Below are positions 51,804-63,835 of a stretch of DNA of 64,000 nt, piece by piece. Source of the stretch: Ranitomeya imitator (lineage: Eukaryota); contig NC_091286.1 in assembly GCF_032444005.1 (NCBI RefSeq), positions 34,844,001 through 34,908,000 of the forward strand, in the 5' to 3' direction. A program made the translations under genes and the position numbers. Below the pieces are notes generated by a model. It made no database searches. It worked only from the letters and a program-made list of their open reading frames with translations, and had not been told where the DNA came from. Position 1 is the stretch's first letter. Each line of letters opens with the position of its first letter.

Positions 51804-52410
51804 CTAAAAAGTAATAAAATAAATAATACTTAAAACATCTTAAAAAAAAGTTTAGATTACTATCCTGGGTTAATTTGGATTTATTCTTACTCATATCAGA
51901 CACCATAATGAATCAGTTTCCAGCTGCAAAGTTTATAAAGCGATATCAAAAGCATGAAATAACCCGTAGGAAGTCCAACCCGTGGCCGGGCTTCATAGGG
52001 GCACAGAGATAAGGGCAAAGGGAGGGGGCTATCGTGTGATGGCTTTGTGCTGAGGAAGAAGGGCGCCCGAACAGAGGCATCACCTGGAACGCTCCACTTA
52101 TCGGCCACCATCAGAGATTGCTGGCAGCATGTATGTAAGTGGTCAGACAGCATTGATGGAAAGCAGCTATGGTCGATGTTAGAGGCATGTGCTGGCTGTA
52201 AAACACAGCCGGCACCTGCCCTACGGGAAGCAGACTCGGAATGCACTTATTCTGTCTGGAAGGAGAAATACAGATAGGATTTATAAGAAATCCCATCCAA
52301 ACTTTTATTAAGTATTTTATATTAATATAAAGGGACTTTAATTTTCCTACAGAAAAATAAGAAGCTGTTAATCCCCAGAAATGAATGTCACCATTGAGAT
52401 GGGGTCTCAC

Positions 52411-52520
52411 AGAGGCAGGCCGAGCCGCTTGGCCAGTTGAATCTGTCTGATGAACACTTGACGTTGCTCTTCTTTCTGATTGTCCGTATTTGCTATTCGT
52501 GGTGTGAAATCTAAACCCAC
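52411..52520 (-). CDS. TATDN3: TATDN3 exon 6
   Basis: 110 nt; [36 protein letters not shown]. Confidence 0.96.
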
Positions 52521-53123
52521 CTGTAAAGAAAACAGCACAAAGTATTACTACATATTACTCCATAACCATAACCATAAAAATCACCGAAGTCATATATAAC
52601 CATATAGTTATAGAAATAAGAGATATCCAGAAAACCAACGCATCCGAACTGTCAGCATAGGAGGCATCAACGGAGACGGATCTGGAGTAATAAAACTTTC
52701 CTGATTCAGCTAGATTTCACTTTGACCTCATTAAAAAAAGTTTCTAAGAGCAATGAACAAGGATTCTGATAGAGGCGAAAGCTTTGTGTTTCTGACACAA
52801 AGCTCCAAATCCCCAGCACAGATATAGAATTAACCTGTCCTGTTACCCAAAAGCAGAGTAAAAGCACAAGTTTGCTGCACTCATACCTCACAAAAAAATT
52901 ATAACTGCGTTTGTCCCGATTCTCAAGCTCTGTAACTTGCCATCCACTTTTTTTTAGCGTAGTTCCTCTTAATCAGCATTCTGCCAGCACTAGATGTGCA
53001 AGAACTTACTTTCCTCTACCTCCTAGTATGCAGTGCCCCAGGAATTGTCCAGTGCTTTGCCTGGCCTGAAAACACAACTCTCTGGTATGAGTTAGACAGA
53101 CAGGAAAGCAAAAAGAAGAGAGA

Positions 53124-55242
53124 CAAAGACCCGCCCCCACTTACTGTATGAAGGCAAAGACCCGCCCTCACTTCCTATATGAAGGCAAAGACCCGCCCTC
53201 ACTTCCTATATGAAGGCAAAGACCCGCCCTCACTTCCTATATGAAGGCAAAGACCCGCCCTCACTTCCAATATGAAGGCAAAGACCTGCCTCACTTCCTA
53301 TATGAAGGCAAAGACTCGCCCTCACTTCCTATATGAAGGCAAAGACCCGCCCTCACTTCCTATATGAAGGCAAAGACCCGCCCTCACTTCCTATATGAAG
53401 GCAAAGACTCGCCCTCACTTCCTATATGAAGGCAAAGACCCGCCCTCACTTCCAATATGAAGGCAAAGACCCGCCTCACTTCCTATATGAAGGCAAAGAC
53501 TCGCCCTCACTTCCTATATGAAGGCAAAGACTCGCCCTCACTTCCTATATGAAGGCAAAGACCCGCCCTCACTTCCTATATGAAGGCAAAGACCCGCCCT
53601 CACTTCCTATATGAAGGCAAAGACCCGCCCTCACTTCCTATATGAAGGCAAAGACTCGCCCTCACTTCCTATATGAAGGCAAAGACCCGCCCTCACTTCC
53701 AATATGAAGGCAAAGACCCGCCTCACTTCCTATATGAAGGCAAAGACTCGCCCTCACTTCCTATATGAAGGCAAAGACTCGCCCTCACTTCCTATATGAA
53801 GGCAAAGACCCGCCCTCACTTCCTATATGAAGGCAAAGACCCGCCCTCACTTCCTATATGAAGGCAAAGACCCGCCCTCACTTCCTATATGAAGGCAAAG
53901 ACCCGCCCTCACTTCTTATATGAAGGCAAAGACCCGCCCTCACTTCCTATATGAAGGCAAAGACCCGCCCTCACTTCCTATATGAAGGCAAAGACCCGCC
54001 CTCACTTCCTATATGAAGGCAAAGACCCGCCCTCACTTCCTATATGAAGGCAAAGACCCGCCCTCACTTCCTATATGAAGGCAAAGACCCGCCCTCACTT
54101 CCTATATGAAGGCAAAGACCCGCCCTCACTTCCTATATGAAGGCAAAGACCCGCCCTCACTTCCTATATGAAGGCAAAGACCCGCCCTCACTTCCTATAT
54201 GAAGGCAAAGACCCGCCCTCACTTCCTATATGAAGGCAAAGACCCGCCCTCACTTCCTATATGAAGGCAAAGACCCGCCCTCACTTCCTATATGAAGGCA
54301 AAGACCCGCCTCACTTCCTATATGAAGGCAAAGACCCGCCCTCACTTCCTATATGAAGGCAAAGACCCGCCCTCACTTCCTATATGAGGGCAAATACCCG
54401 CCCTCACTTCCTATATGAAGGCAAAGACCCGCCCTCACTTCCTATATGAAGGCAAAGACCCGCCCTCACTTCCTATATGAAGGCAAAGACCCGCCCTCAC
54501 TTCCTATATGAAGGCAAAGACCCGCCCTCACTTCCTATATGAGGGCAAAGACCCGCCCTCACTTCTTATATGAAGGCAAAGACCCGCCCTCACTTCCTAT
54601 ATGAGGGCAAAGACCCGCCCTCACTTCCTATATGAAGGCAAAGACCCACCCTCACTTCTTATATGAAGGCAAAGACCCGCCCTCACTTCCTATATGAGGG
54701 CAAAGACCCGCCCTCACTTCCTATATGAAGGCAAAGACCCACCCTCACTTCCTATATGAAGGCAAAGACCCACCCTCACTTCCTATATGAGGGCAAATAC
54801 CTGCCCTCACTTCCTATATGAGGGCAAAGACCCACCCTCACTTCCTATATGAAGGCAAAGACCCGCCCTCACTTCCTATATGAGGGCAAATACCTGCCCT
54901 CACTTCCTATATGAGGGCAAAGACCCGCCCTCACTTCCTATATGAAGGCAAAGACCCACCCTCACTTCCTATATGAAGGCAAATACCTGCCCTCACTTCC
55001 TATATGAGGGCAAAGACCCACCCTCACTTCCTATATGAAGGCAAATACCTGCCCTCACTTCCTATATGAGGGCAAAGACCCGCTCTCACTTCCTATATGA
55101 AGGCAAAGACCCACCTCACTTCCTATATGAAGGCAAAGACCCACCCTCACTTCCTATATGAGGGCAAATACCTGCCCTCACTTCCTATATGAGGGCAAAT
55201 ACCTGCCCCCACTTCCTATATGAAGACCTGCCCCCACTTCCT
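53124..55242. repeat. 31-bp minisatellite in TATDN3 intron 5, ~68 copies
   Basis: (AAGGCAAAGACCCGCCCTCACTTCCTATATG)n. Confidence 0.97.
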
Positions 55243-55445
55243 GTAAGTGTTTCTGCTGCTAGAGATGGATTACACTTGACAATCTAGTGGCACTCTGGAG
55301 TAAGTTTTCAGGGATAAGAAATCAATATCAGTTCTAAATAATGTGATTTGCAGATTGTCTGTTTATCACAAGAGATCAAGCACATCATTCACTAATGCTG
55401 TAAGTGCCAAGCACAAGCGTACAATAGTGCGACAATATACATTAC

Positions 55446-55508
55446 CTCGCCGATAGCCACCAACTCATCTCTGTACTGTTCTATCAAAGGCAGAGCATCA
55501 TTCACATC
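55446..55508 (-). CDS. TATDN3: TATDN3 exon 5
   Basis: 63 nt; DVNDALPLIEQYRDELVAIGE. Confidence 0.95.
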
Positions 55509-56571
55509 CTGCAAGGAGTATACAGGGCAAATTAAACACCAGACACATATTTATTTTTCTTATCGATATATTATTTTTAGTGGGACAATTTCTGGTTTTG
55601 AATGACACTACTCATTTTACCATACAATGTACAGTAAAGCAGGAAAAAAAAAATCAAAATGCATGAATTGGTGAAAAAAAGGAATTCCACCATTATTTTG
55701 TAAAAATAACTGGGCAATGCGATTCTATAGGTCATTATGAATAGAGTGGTGCTGAGCTTTGGTAGTTATTTTATTATTTTAGTGGCTTAAAAAAAGTTCT
55801 GAAGTTTAAAATGAAAAAAAAGTTTTAATTTGTGTCCACATTTTCCATTTGCATAGCAAGCTGAAGTTTTTCTATTGATACCATTTTTGGGGGTAGGTAC
55901 GGCGTTTTCTTTACGGCGACAGAAAAAACGCAATTCTGGTGTTTCGATTTTCTCTTTATGGCTTCAATTAATTGTATATGTTTATAGACTCGACTTTTAC
56001 GGGCACAGAGATACCAAATGTGTTTTTACTTTTTCTTATTCTTAATGGAGAGGAAGGTGATTTCAATTATATATATTTTTTAGCTAATATTTAAAAAAAA
56101 AATTTTTTTTTTTACTTTATTTTTTTTAAGGCTCATTGCCTGCCCTCCTGCCTACCCCCCTCCCGCCCCCGCCCACAATCCGACTATGAGCTTTATATTG
56201 TAACTGTCATTTTCTAAAAGTTTTTATATATCATAGGTGCTGCTTAGCATTTCTGTCTGGGTTTTGAGACCCCAACCGAATGGTCAAAATACTACTCTGA
56301 AGTGTGCAGCTCCTGCATGAGCGGTGTATGGGCTCAATAGTAAGTCTATGCATTCACACAGACCCATAGATTTACTATTGAGCCCATACACCACTCATGC
56401 AGGAGCTGCACACTTCAGAGCGGTGTTTTCACCTATCAATGGGGGGTCTCTTAGTGTTTCTGATTGGACCGCCACAGATCAGAAACACTATGCAGCGGCT
56501 ATAATGTATAAAAACTTTTGTAAAATGGTAGCTACACTTTATATGTGGCTGTTAGAGATTGATGGATTTAA

Positions 56572-56899
56572 AGGGAACCTGTCACCTGAATTTGGCGGGA
56601 CTGGTTTTGGGTCATATGGGCGGAGTTTTCGGGCGTTTGATTCACCCTTTCCTTACCCGCTGGCTGCATGCTGGCCGCAATATTGGATTGAAGTTCATTC
56701 TCTGTCCTCCGTAGTAGATGCCTGCGCAAGGCAATCTTGCCTTGCGCAGGCGTGTGCTACGGAGGACAGAGAATGAACTTCAATCCAATATTTCGGCCAA
56801 CATGCAGCCAGCGGGTAAGGAAAGGGTGAATCAAACGCCCGAAAACTCCGCCCATATGACCCAAAACCAGTCCCGCCAAATTCAGGTGACAGGTTCCCT
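56572..56899. mobile_element. TTAA-type (T2/Kolobok-like) MITE, near-perfect palindrome
   Basis: TTAA|AGGGAACCTGTCACCTGAATTTGGCGGG ... CCCGCCAAATTCAGGTGACAGGTTCCCT|TTAA. Confidence 0.92.
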
Positions 56900-57114
56900 T
56901 TAATCTATCTACTTATGTTACAGTCACACACAATGGAGCCACAGAAGCCAAGATATACAATGCATGTAAGTACATAGTGCAGTAGTATTGCAGCACTTTT
57001 GCTGCTACAGAAGAAATCCTCAATGATTTATTTTTTCTTGCAATTTTTGGGGTGAGGAAATGTCATTTTAGTACCAGCCAATAAGAAAGGTTACGTCCTT
57101 TTATTCCATTTTAC

Positions 57115-57199
57115 CTGTAGTGTAGCACTACGTTGCTGTTCTGGATTTGCAGCTTGGACCGGGTGCACTCCGAGACACGGGAAGACCAGCTGTGGATAC
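57115..57199 (-). CDS. TATDN3: TATDN3 exon 4
   Basis: 85 nt; YPQLVFPCLGVHPVQAANPEQQRSATLQ (GVHP motif). Confidence 0.95.
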
Positions 57200-57289
57200 C
57201 TGAGCGTGCCAGATACATGGTGTTATTAGCCATCCCGCACAGCCCATAGACCAGGTCAGGTCACTTTCACGTCATTATCATTTACTCAC

Positions 57290-57363
57290 CGCTTAGAAAG
57301 ATAAATCACTTTTTCAAACTCTGCTGAATGTTCTGCGACGGCGACAATAGCCCGGACACCAAC
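57290..57363 (-). CDS. TATDN3: TATDN3 exon 3
   Basis: 74 nt; VGVRAIVAVAEHSAEFEKVIYLSKR. Confidence 0.95.
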
Positions 57364-57816
57364 CTGAAATGGACACACACAAAAAAAAAAAAAAAGTGAC
57401 GCATAAGGGTAGTATCATAAATTGAAGATCAAGCTACTTATAACAAAACGAAAAGAAAATCCCCTTTCCAAAGAAAAATAAAATTCAGTAAATATTTTTT
57501 AAAAGGGAACCTGTCATCTGATTCATGGTGCCCAAACCAAGGACTGCATGAATCTGAGACTGGCTGCCAGGTATACGCTTCTCGGAAATTCTCTGGAGAG
57601 GCAAGACTAGTCCAGCACTATACCCGGTCGGTTCTTCCTGCTAGAGGTGATTCACAGGTCTCTTCTATAGCGAGAGACATGCGCCTACTTATTTTTCTAC
57701 ACAAAGGACTTTTCAGCAGTCTCATTATCATCACAGAACGGATTTCAATGACTGATAACATCTCTATTTCTAGTTACGGGGAAAAAAAACTGTTTAAAAA
57801 TCAGTTCAATACTCAC

Positions 57817-57849
57817 TGCTCTGGCTTCATCCAAGACATGATCGATGTC
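57817..57849 (-). CDS. TATDN3: TATDN3 exon 2
   Basis: 33 nt; DIDHVLDEARA (human DLDDVLEKAKK); ttgcag| acceptor and |gtgagt donor. Confidence 0.9.
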
Positions 57850-59326
57850 CTGCAAGTGATGAAGAGTGAAATAATACACAATCATCAATACAGGGGGAAA
57901 AGTTGGGAACTACTTCAATTTGTTTTTCAAACTTTATTGGTAATTTTGCTAGATGGCTTTCCGGCAATAAGAGGTAAGTGTTCAATTCCCTTTTTGTTCC
58001 TTTCCTCGTCCCAGCCGTACGGCACTAGCCTCTCTCTGCCCAGCAGTAGAGCACTTCCACCTCTGCCCAGCAGTATAGTGCTTGCCTTGCCTTGCAGTGC
58101 ACATTTGCTCCCTCAGCCCTGCAGTATGGCGCTTGTCTCCTTCTCCTCAACAGGATGTAGTTTTCCTTTGTATCAGGGCATGGATAACATGGAGCTTGCA
58201 CAGTGTCAATACTATGACAACCCTTGCCTGCCAAACTTCACTAGCAAACGACCCTGACAACATCCAAAGACAAAGCACAGAAGTGCTGATTAACAACTCA
58301 ATTACAAAGGAGGAGGACAATGTTTATTTCTTCCTTAAAGGGAACCTGTCAGCAGGATTGTGCACAGTAGCCTACACGCAGTGTCAGGTCAGCGCCGTTA
58401 TACTGAATAAAATGATACCTGGGTGATTAAATCTGTCTTATGGTTGTTGTTTAATCTTTATTTGGAGTTTTCAGTTAATGATATGCCCGTGCTCCGGGGC
58501 CGCCTGTGTGGGGTCTCCATGTGGTTCTCTGCTTAATTATTCATATTTATGGCTTATGACAGGATGCTGATCCCTCACTGACCGGCCCTCTATTTTACAT
58601 ACTGCATATAATATGTATTGTAAAGCAAAAATCACATACAGCGGGCAGGAGATGGCGCCTGAGCTGCAGCATGATCGCATGTATAATATGCATTAAATTA
58701 GTGATATGCATTTATTCTGAAGAAAAAAAAAAGTTCTGTTCACAAAGATGGCACCAGGGCAGTAGTATCTATCGGTAATCTGACAGATGCTACTGCGCAG
58801 GCGGCACCATCTGTGTAGAGACAATTTGCTTCGTTTCTTCCTCTAGCAAAATGGTGCCGTCAGCACCTGCGCTGTAACATTTATCGGATTGCCGATAGAT
58901 GCTACCGTGCCGGCGCCGTCTATTGCGGACTGCAGAAAGTTATGAGGATCTGTCAGCGAGCCCGCCATGACGGTCCGATGGGGAGTCGGTAGCTCTTCTA
59001 GCTTTCTAATTCTGAGCTCCTCAACTCAGGAAAAACAAAGAGCCTGGAGAAGTCAAACGGAGAAAAATTTGTAATGAAACCCAATGACAAAAATGATTTT
59101 TAGCCCCAAATACAACTGGGTAGGTAAAAAAAAATGTCCCCAAAGGTGCAGCACCCCAATGCCACCCCTCTGTATTACAAATGGGCCATTTTACAGACTT
59201 GGAGCCAGTCCTAAGTGTCCCTACTGTGCAAGGACTCCAAGGTGCAAACACCAGCTGGAGTCTGACACACTGCAGAGATTTCACAACTACATAAAACACA
59301 ACAATATTTGGTTGCAATGCTCTTAC

Positions 59327-59389
59327 ATGGCTGAACTCTGCCGCAGACAGGTGACAGTGACAGTCCACAAACCCCCCGCTCCAGTCCAT
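59327..59389 (-). CDS. TATDN3: TATDN3 exon 1 coding part
   Basis: MDWSGGFVDCHCHLSAAEFSH (TatD DxHxH motif); |gtaaga donor; the ten exons sum to 822 nt = 273 aa + stop. Confidence 0.94.
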
Positions 59390-59868
59390 GACTGTCTGTC
59401 TCTCTACATTGCCAGAAGACGCAAGGACCATAACACGCATGCGCAGTTGCACTGTCTGGTAACCGCCGCCATCTTTGTACACCTCGTCCTGCAATAATTA
59501 AAGAAAAAAAAAAGATAATTTAAAAATAATTAATAAAATAAAGACCATATTTGCCTGATATGACCGAATATGAGAAAAACATATACATTTAGGAAATGTA
59601 ACAAGACCGCTGTGAGAGTACTAAGATGGCGTTGACACATCCGTTGTACGGAGCTCGAGACCGTCTGGTTGCATTTTGCTTTTGTGTATAGGGAAACGGT
59701 CGCGTTGATGGTTTCTGAGGAAAAACAGGCCGTCATTAAAACGATAGACATCCTCTCTCCAGGTTTAGTGATGCGGAACTAATGTTAGCACTGCACAGTT
59801 CCCCGTCGGGAAAGGTTTGACCGGAGAACACTTCCGGTGCCCACTTCCGGAATTTTGAAAATGGCGGC
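59390..59868. promoter_or_regulatory. TATDN3/NSL1 bidirectional promoter
   Basis: 471 bp between divergent ATGs; NRF1-type ACGCATGCGCA (59435); YY1-type AAGATGGCG on both strands (59463-76 minus, 59623 plus) and AAAATGGCGGC over the NSL1 ATG; tandem ETS/GABP ACTTCCGG (59830, 59843). Confidence 0.75.
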
Positions 59869-60259
59869 AAATGTTGACAGTCCTACTCGGCGAAGTTTAC
59901 GGCTGCAGAGACTAAGTCATGAGAATGTGACACCTGATTCCCGGGGCCTTGAGGGGCCCAGCAATGGCCTCCGGACATCAAGCGCCAGAACTCGGCTTTC
60001 TGGTGGGAGACTGAATGATTCGGAGTCTTTGAGGAGGTCCAAAGGGCAGAAAGTGGAGGACCCCGCTAATGACAGCAGTGCTGGAGCGAAGGGGAAACCA
60101 TCAGCAGAGAACACTGAGGTCCTGACACCAGGGGAGGACTGTGGACGAGGTTCTGATGACAAACCCCATAAGAAAACCGTAACGACAAGAAGGAGCGGAG
60201 AGGATCGCCCGGACGATGGCCGACCGCAGCGCAAGGACGTCGGAGTGACCCTCACTGGG
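59861..60259 (+). CDS. NSL1: NSL1 (Mis12 complex) exon 1, low-complexity N-terminal extension
   Basis: aaaATGg start; 133 open codons; phase-0 donor GGG|GTGAGT matching the phase-0 acceptor at 61715; no human homology recognised in this exon. Confidence 0.7.
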
Positions 60260-61714
60260 GTGAGTAACGCTCACGTCACATAATAATAACTAGGAGAGAT
60301 GTCTCTCACAATCCTGCATTGTTCTGTTCCTCCTGGAAGTGGATCAGGAGTCGGCAGCCCTCCAGCTATGGTGGAATAACGAACCCCGGACATGCTGGGG
60401 GTTGTAGTTGTGTGGACGGACGCTGTCAGCCCTGATTAGTCACCGACAGACGATCCAGGGACACGCACCAAAGATGAGGGCGATAATAACCTCCGGCAGT
60501 GGATTTATTTTCATATTCTACATATTTCCAGGAGGAATAACTGAGAGACGGCACAATACAGTTATCTAAGACATAGATTGCATGACAGCGCATGTGAGAG
60601 GTGACTTGGAACTATGGCATGGCGGAGACACATCAGAAAGTTGGATGGGTCTGCAGGAGAAGACCCCCTAATTATCGAAAGGCTGAAAAATGATAGGGAT
60701 AACTTACTGGTCGCTGGGACCCCCGGTGATTTCAGGAAGCGGTCTTGAATTTTCAGCCTCCGCTCCATTCATCGTCCATGGGACTGTTGGATATAGAGGA
60801 GCGCTGTGTTCGGCAGTCCCATAGACAATGGATGGAGCGGAGAGCGCACATTCAAGATGAAGCTGCAGAGACCGGTTTCCAAAGGACCACTGAGGGTCTC
60901 GGGCCCTATTTTTTATTTTAATTTGGGGCTAACCCTTTAAATGTTCAGTGCGGTGTACGGACCCCCAGACTTTCCATGAGCTCATACATTTCTCGCCTCC
61001 CTGAGCAGCGTTGGACACAGCTGATCACTTCTGCCCTTTTCAGTGTTCAGTGGTGGTCTCGGCTCCCGGGCCCCACCGATTGAGTTTTATACTTCACTAT
61101 GATGATGTCAATTTTTTTATAAGATGAGTTACACTTGAGTAAAGCCGGGATACAGAACAGGAAGTGTTGGCATGGGGACATAGGAGCAGAGGTGGTGCAG
61201 TCTGTACCTTCAGGCATTAGTAAGGCATAAAATATTATCTGCTTTCATAAACAACTGGGCTAATACTCCTAAAGTTACAGATAATCGTGACTTAAACCGT
61301 GGAAGCCCCTGTTTCTCCAGCATCACCCGTCTGTGGCTCTTTGCTGATTAACTCCAGCTGTAATGTCCTGTCTACAACATGTGACCACCACAACCTATCA
61401 CAGATTATTACTTACCCTTCCTGGATCCAGCGCCGGCTCTCTACCTGACACCACCCAGTCTTTTGTCAGCAGTGTTGACTGCACTGCTGCCATATTTGGT
61501 GAGCTCAGCCGCAGAGATCCGGCATTGGACCTGGGGAGGGTAAGTAATATTTGTTTATAGAAGAAAACCTTTTTTTTTTTTGTTAGATTGGATGAGGGAG
61601 GCTAATCTCTGTGTTTCTGCCTACTATGATTTCTGGGTGAATGACCGATGTATGCCCATACACTGACGTATATTAGGGAATACTAAAAAGAATATTTTAC
61701 CATTGGTTTTACAG

Positions 61715-62203
61715 GCTAAACAAGAAAGAAATGATGCGGCAGAAGCCATGTGCTGCAAGGAGAGCAAAGAAAAAGGTAAAAAACCTGTTGTAAAGACTGA
61801 AGATCTCGCCCATGAAGGAAGAACATCCTCCAGGACAATCAAGATGGCAAAAGAGGAGAAAGCAGCACCCACCTTAGAGAGGACAAGAACTGATGTGGAA
61901 GTGGCCGGGCCCTCGGGTGTGGATTCACTAGCCAGCATTGAGAGTGCCGGCTCTTCACGGGGCAATGATAACGCAAACGCTTCTATGATAAGTCCATTGA
62001 TGCATCCCCTGTGTGCTACTGAGAGCCTTGATCAGGGAACTTCTGCCGATTCTCCTCTGAGGGACAGTAGGGTGCGCTGCACCTCCAAGCATTTGTTACA
62101 GGAGGTGCTGGGGATGTGCACTGAATTCAGCAAAGAAATTCTGCAAAATCAGAATTACCTAAACCCGGAGCAGAGGCAGCAGGAGCAGAGGAACTTTATC
62201 TTG
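61715..62203 (+). CDS. NSL1: NSL1 exon 2
   Basis: ttttacag| acceptor; 163 codons; C-terminal part SRVRCTSKHLLQEVLGMC matches human FRVRCTSKRAVTEMLQLC; donor TTG|gtaagg. Confidence 0.88.
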
Positions 62204-63349
62204 GTAAGGAGAAAACTATTAAGTCTTGTCATTCACATGTAACCTTAAAGATTTTATTTAAAAAAAAAAAACCTCTTCAGCGATTCGATGCTAACGCTCT
62301 GACTGTCCCCCAGTCTTTTGTTTAAGTGACCATCGCCTGTAGCCAATCAATGGTCATGTGTATTATTATGGCATGTAATGGCTTCCGTCTCTGTCTGGTG
62401 ATGCCTGTAGTATGGTATGTGATTTCTGAAGCCGCTGATTGGCTGCAGTGGTCAGTTGCTGGCAGCTTTTGGACAGAGACTATGGGGACTACAGGAACTT
62501 AATAAATGAGTAGTGTTTATTTGGTTATCTTATAACATTCGCAGGGGGCTGCGTATAAAGTTGGGCATCTCTTTATATTGGGCCTACTCCTTAAATGGAG
62601 AATGAAAACTATCGGGAGTAGTGCCAGTTACTAAATGTAGCTACTCTATATAATAATGTCAGACAGTTAACTACAACTATTTTGGGGTGGTTGCGCCCTC
62701 CAAAGTGCAGGGCAGGATTTGGCTAGCTGAATCTACCTCTACTAGCGCTGGCATTGGCATTAAAATATGTAACTGGTCTTAAGAGCTAGCCCCCCATGTC
62801 ACCAAAGCTGCTTGAAGGGCAGCCAAACCCTGCACTGCACTGATGAGGGGCAAGAACCTGTCTGTTGATGGGTAGAAGTCTTGGCTAATGTACCTAGTCT
62901 TGTTGTAATGCTCATGAAAAGATCTCACATTGACATAGAGGGTAGCGTCCTCCGGTAGGTGACAACAGAGATCTCTCTCTTGGAAGGAAAACAAACATAT
63001 ATTTTAGTCTTCTTCTCATGGAGGCACCAAACTCCAGAAACCTGATTATAATGTACGTACATCATTGATTATATACATCTCTTGTCACGGGTTCTTATGT
63101 ATGACGGCATCTGGTGACAGAGAAACATCATGTCCACTTCTGCGGGCTGAGCCTGCGATACATCGTAAAAATGCAGATTTAAGTTGTCCTGTTTCTAAAA
63201 GACTTGACTTGGCCTATCTGTTGCTATGGACAAATAATTACTCACCAGATGTTTGTTTTTTATCTCCTTTATGATTTAATTATTTCATAGTCGTTGAACG
63301 GCTGAATAGACATCAAAATATTAACAAGTGTTCATTTGTTCCATTTCAG

Positions 63350-63425
63350 AACCTTGAAACAACGTTTCAGAATAATGTCAGCATTAATGGACAGTCGTGG
63401 GATGAAGCAGTGGACACCGAAACAG
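63350..63425 (+). CDS. NSL1: NSL1 exon 3
   Basis: tttcag| acceptor; NLETTFQNNVSINGQSWDEAVDTET versus human TFESAVQENISINGQAWQEASD; G|gtaaga donor. Confidence 0.93.
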
Positions 63426-63532
63426 GTAAGAAGGATGTATAGCTCTCAAAAATGTTGCACTTTACTGCACTGTGTCAGGTAAGGGAGATGTCGCCTGTGA
63501 CTCTTTTCAGTCCCCTACGTATTGGTTATGAT

Positions 63533-63835
63533 TAGTGATGAGCGAGTATACTCGGTACTCGAGATTTCCCGAGCACGCTCGGGTGTCCTCCGAGTATTTG
63601 TAAGTACTCAGAGATTTAGTTTTCTGCGCCTCAGCTGAATGATTTACATCTGTTAGCCAGCATAAGTACATGTGGGGATTCCCTAGCAACCCCCACATGT
63701 ACTTATGCTGGCTAACAGATGTAAATCATTCAGCTGAGGCGCAGAAAACTAAATCTCCGAGTACTTACAAATACTCGGAGGACACCTGAGCGTGCTCGGG
63801 AAATCTCGAGTACCGAGTATACTCGCTCATCACTA
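63533..63835. mobile_element. hAT MITE, near-perfect palindrome
   Basis: TAGTGATGAGCGAGTATACTCG ... CGAGTATACTCGCTCATCACTA; flanks GTTATGAT / GTTATATG (imperfect TSD). Confidence 0.88.

Noticed and set aside
57679-58257. 192-aa plus-strand ORF
   Set aside because: Antisense to TATDN3 exon 2 and intron 1; no recognisable domain or splice/promoter support
59390-59494. 35-aa N-terminal extension of TATDN3 from upstream in-frame ATGs
   Set aside because: Overlaps promoter motifs (YY1, NRF1); the ATG at 59389 gives the length expected from human TATDN3
61470-61545. Possible cassette exon in NSL1 intron 1 ending AGG|GTAAGT
   Set aside because: Lies in MITE-like sequence; exons 1 and 2 already join in phase; no coding signal
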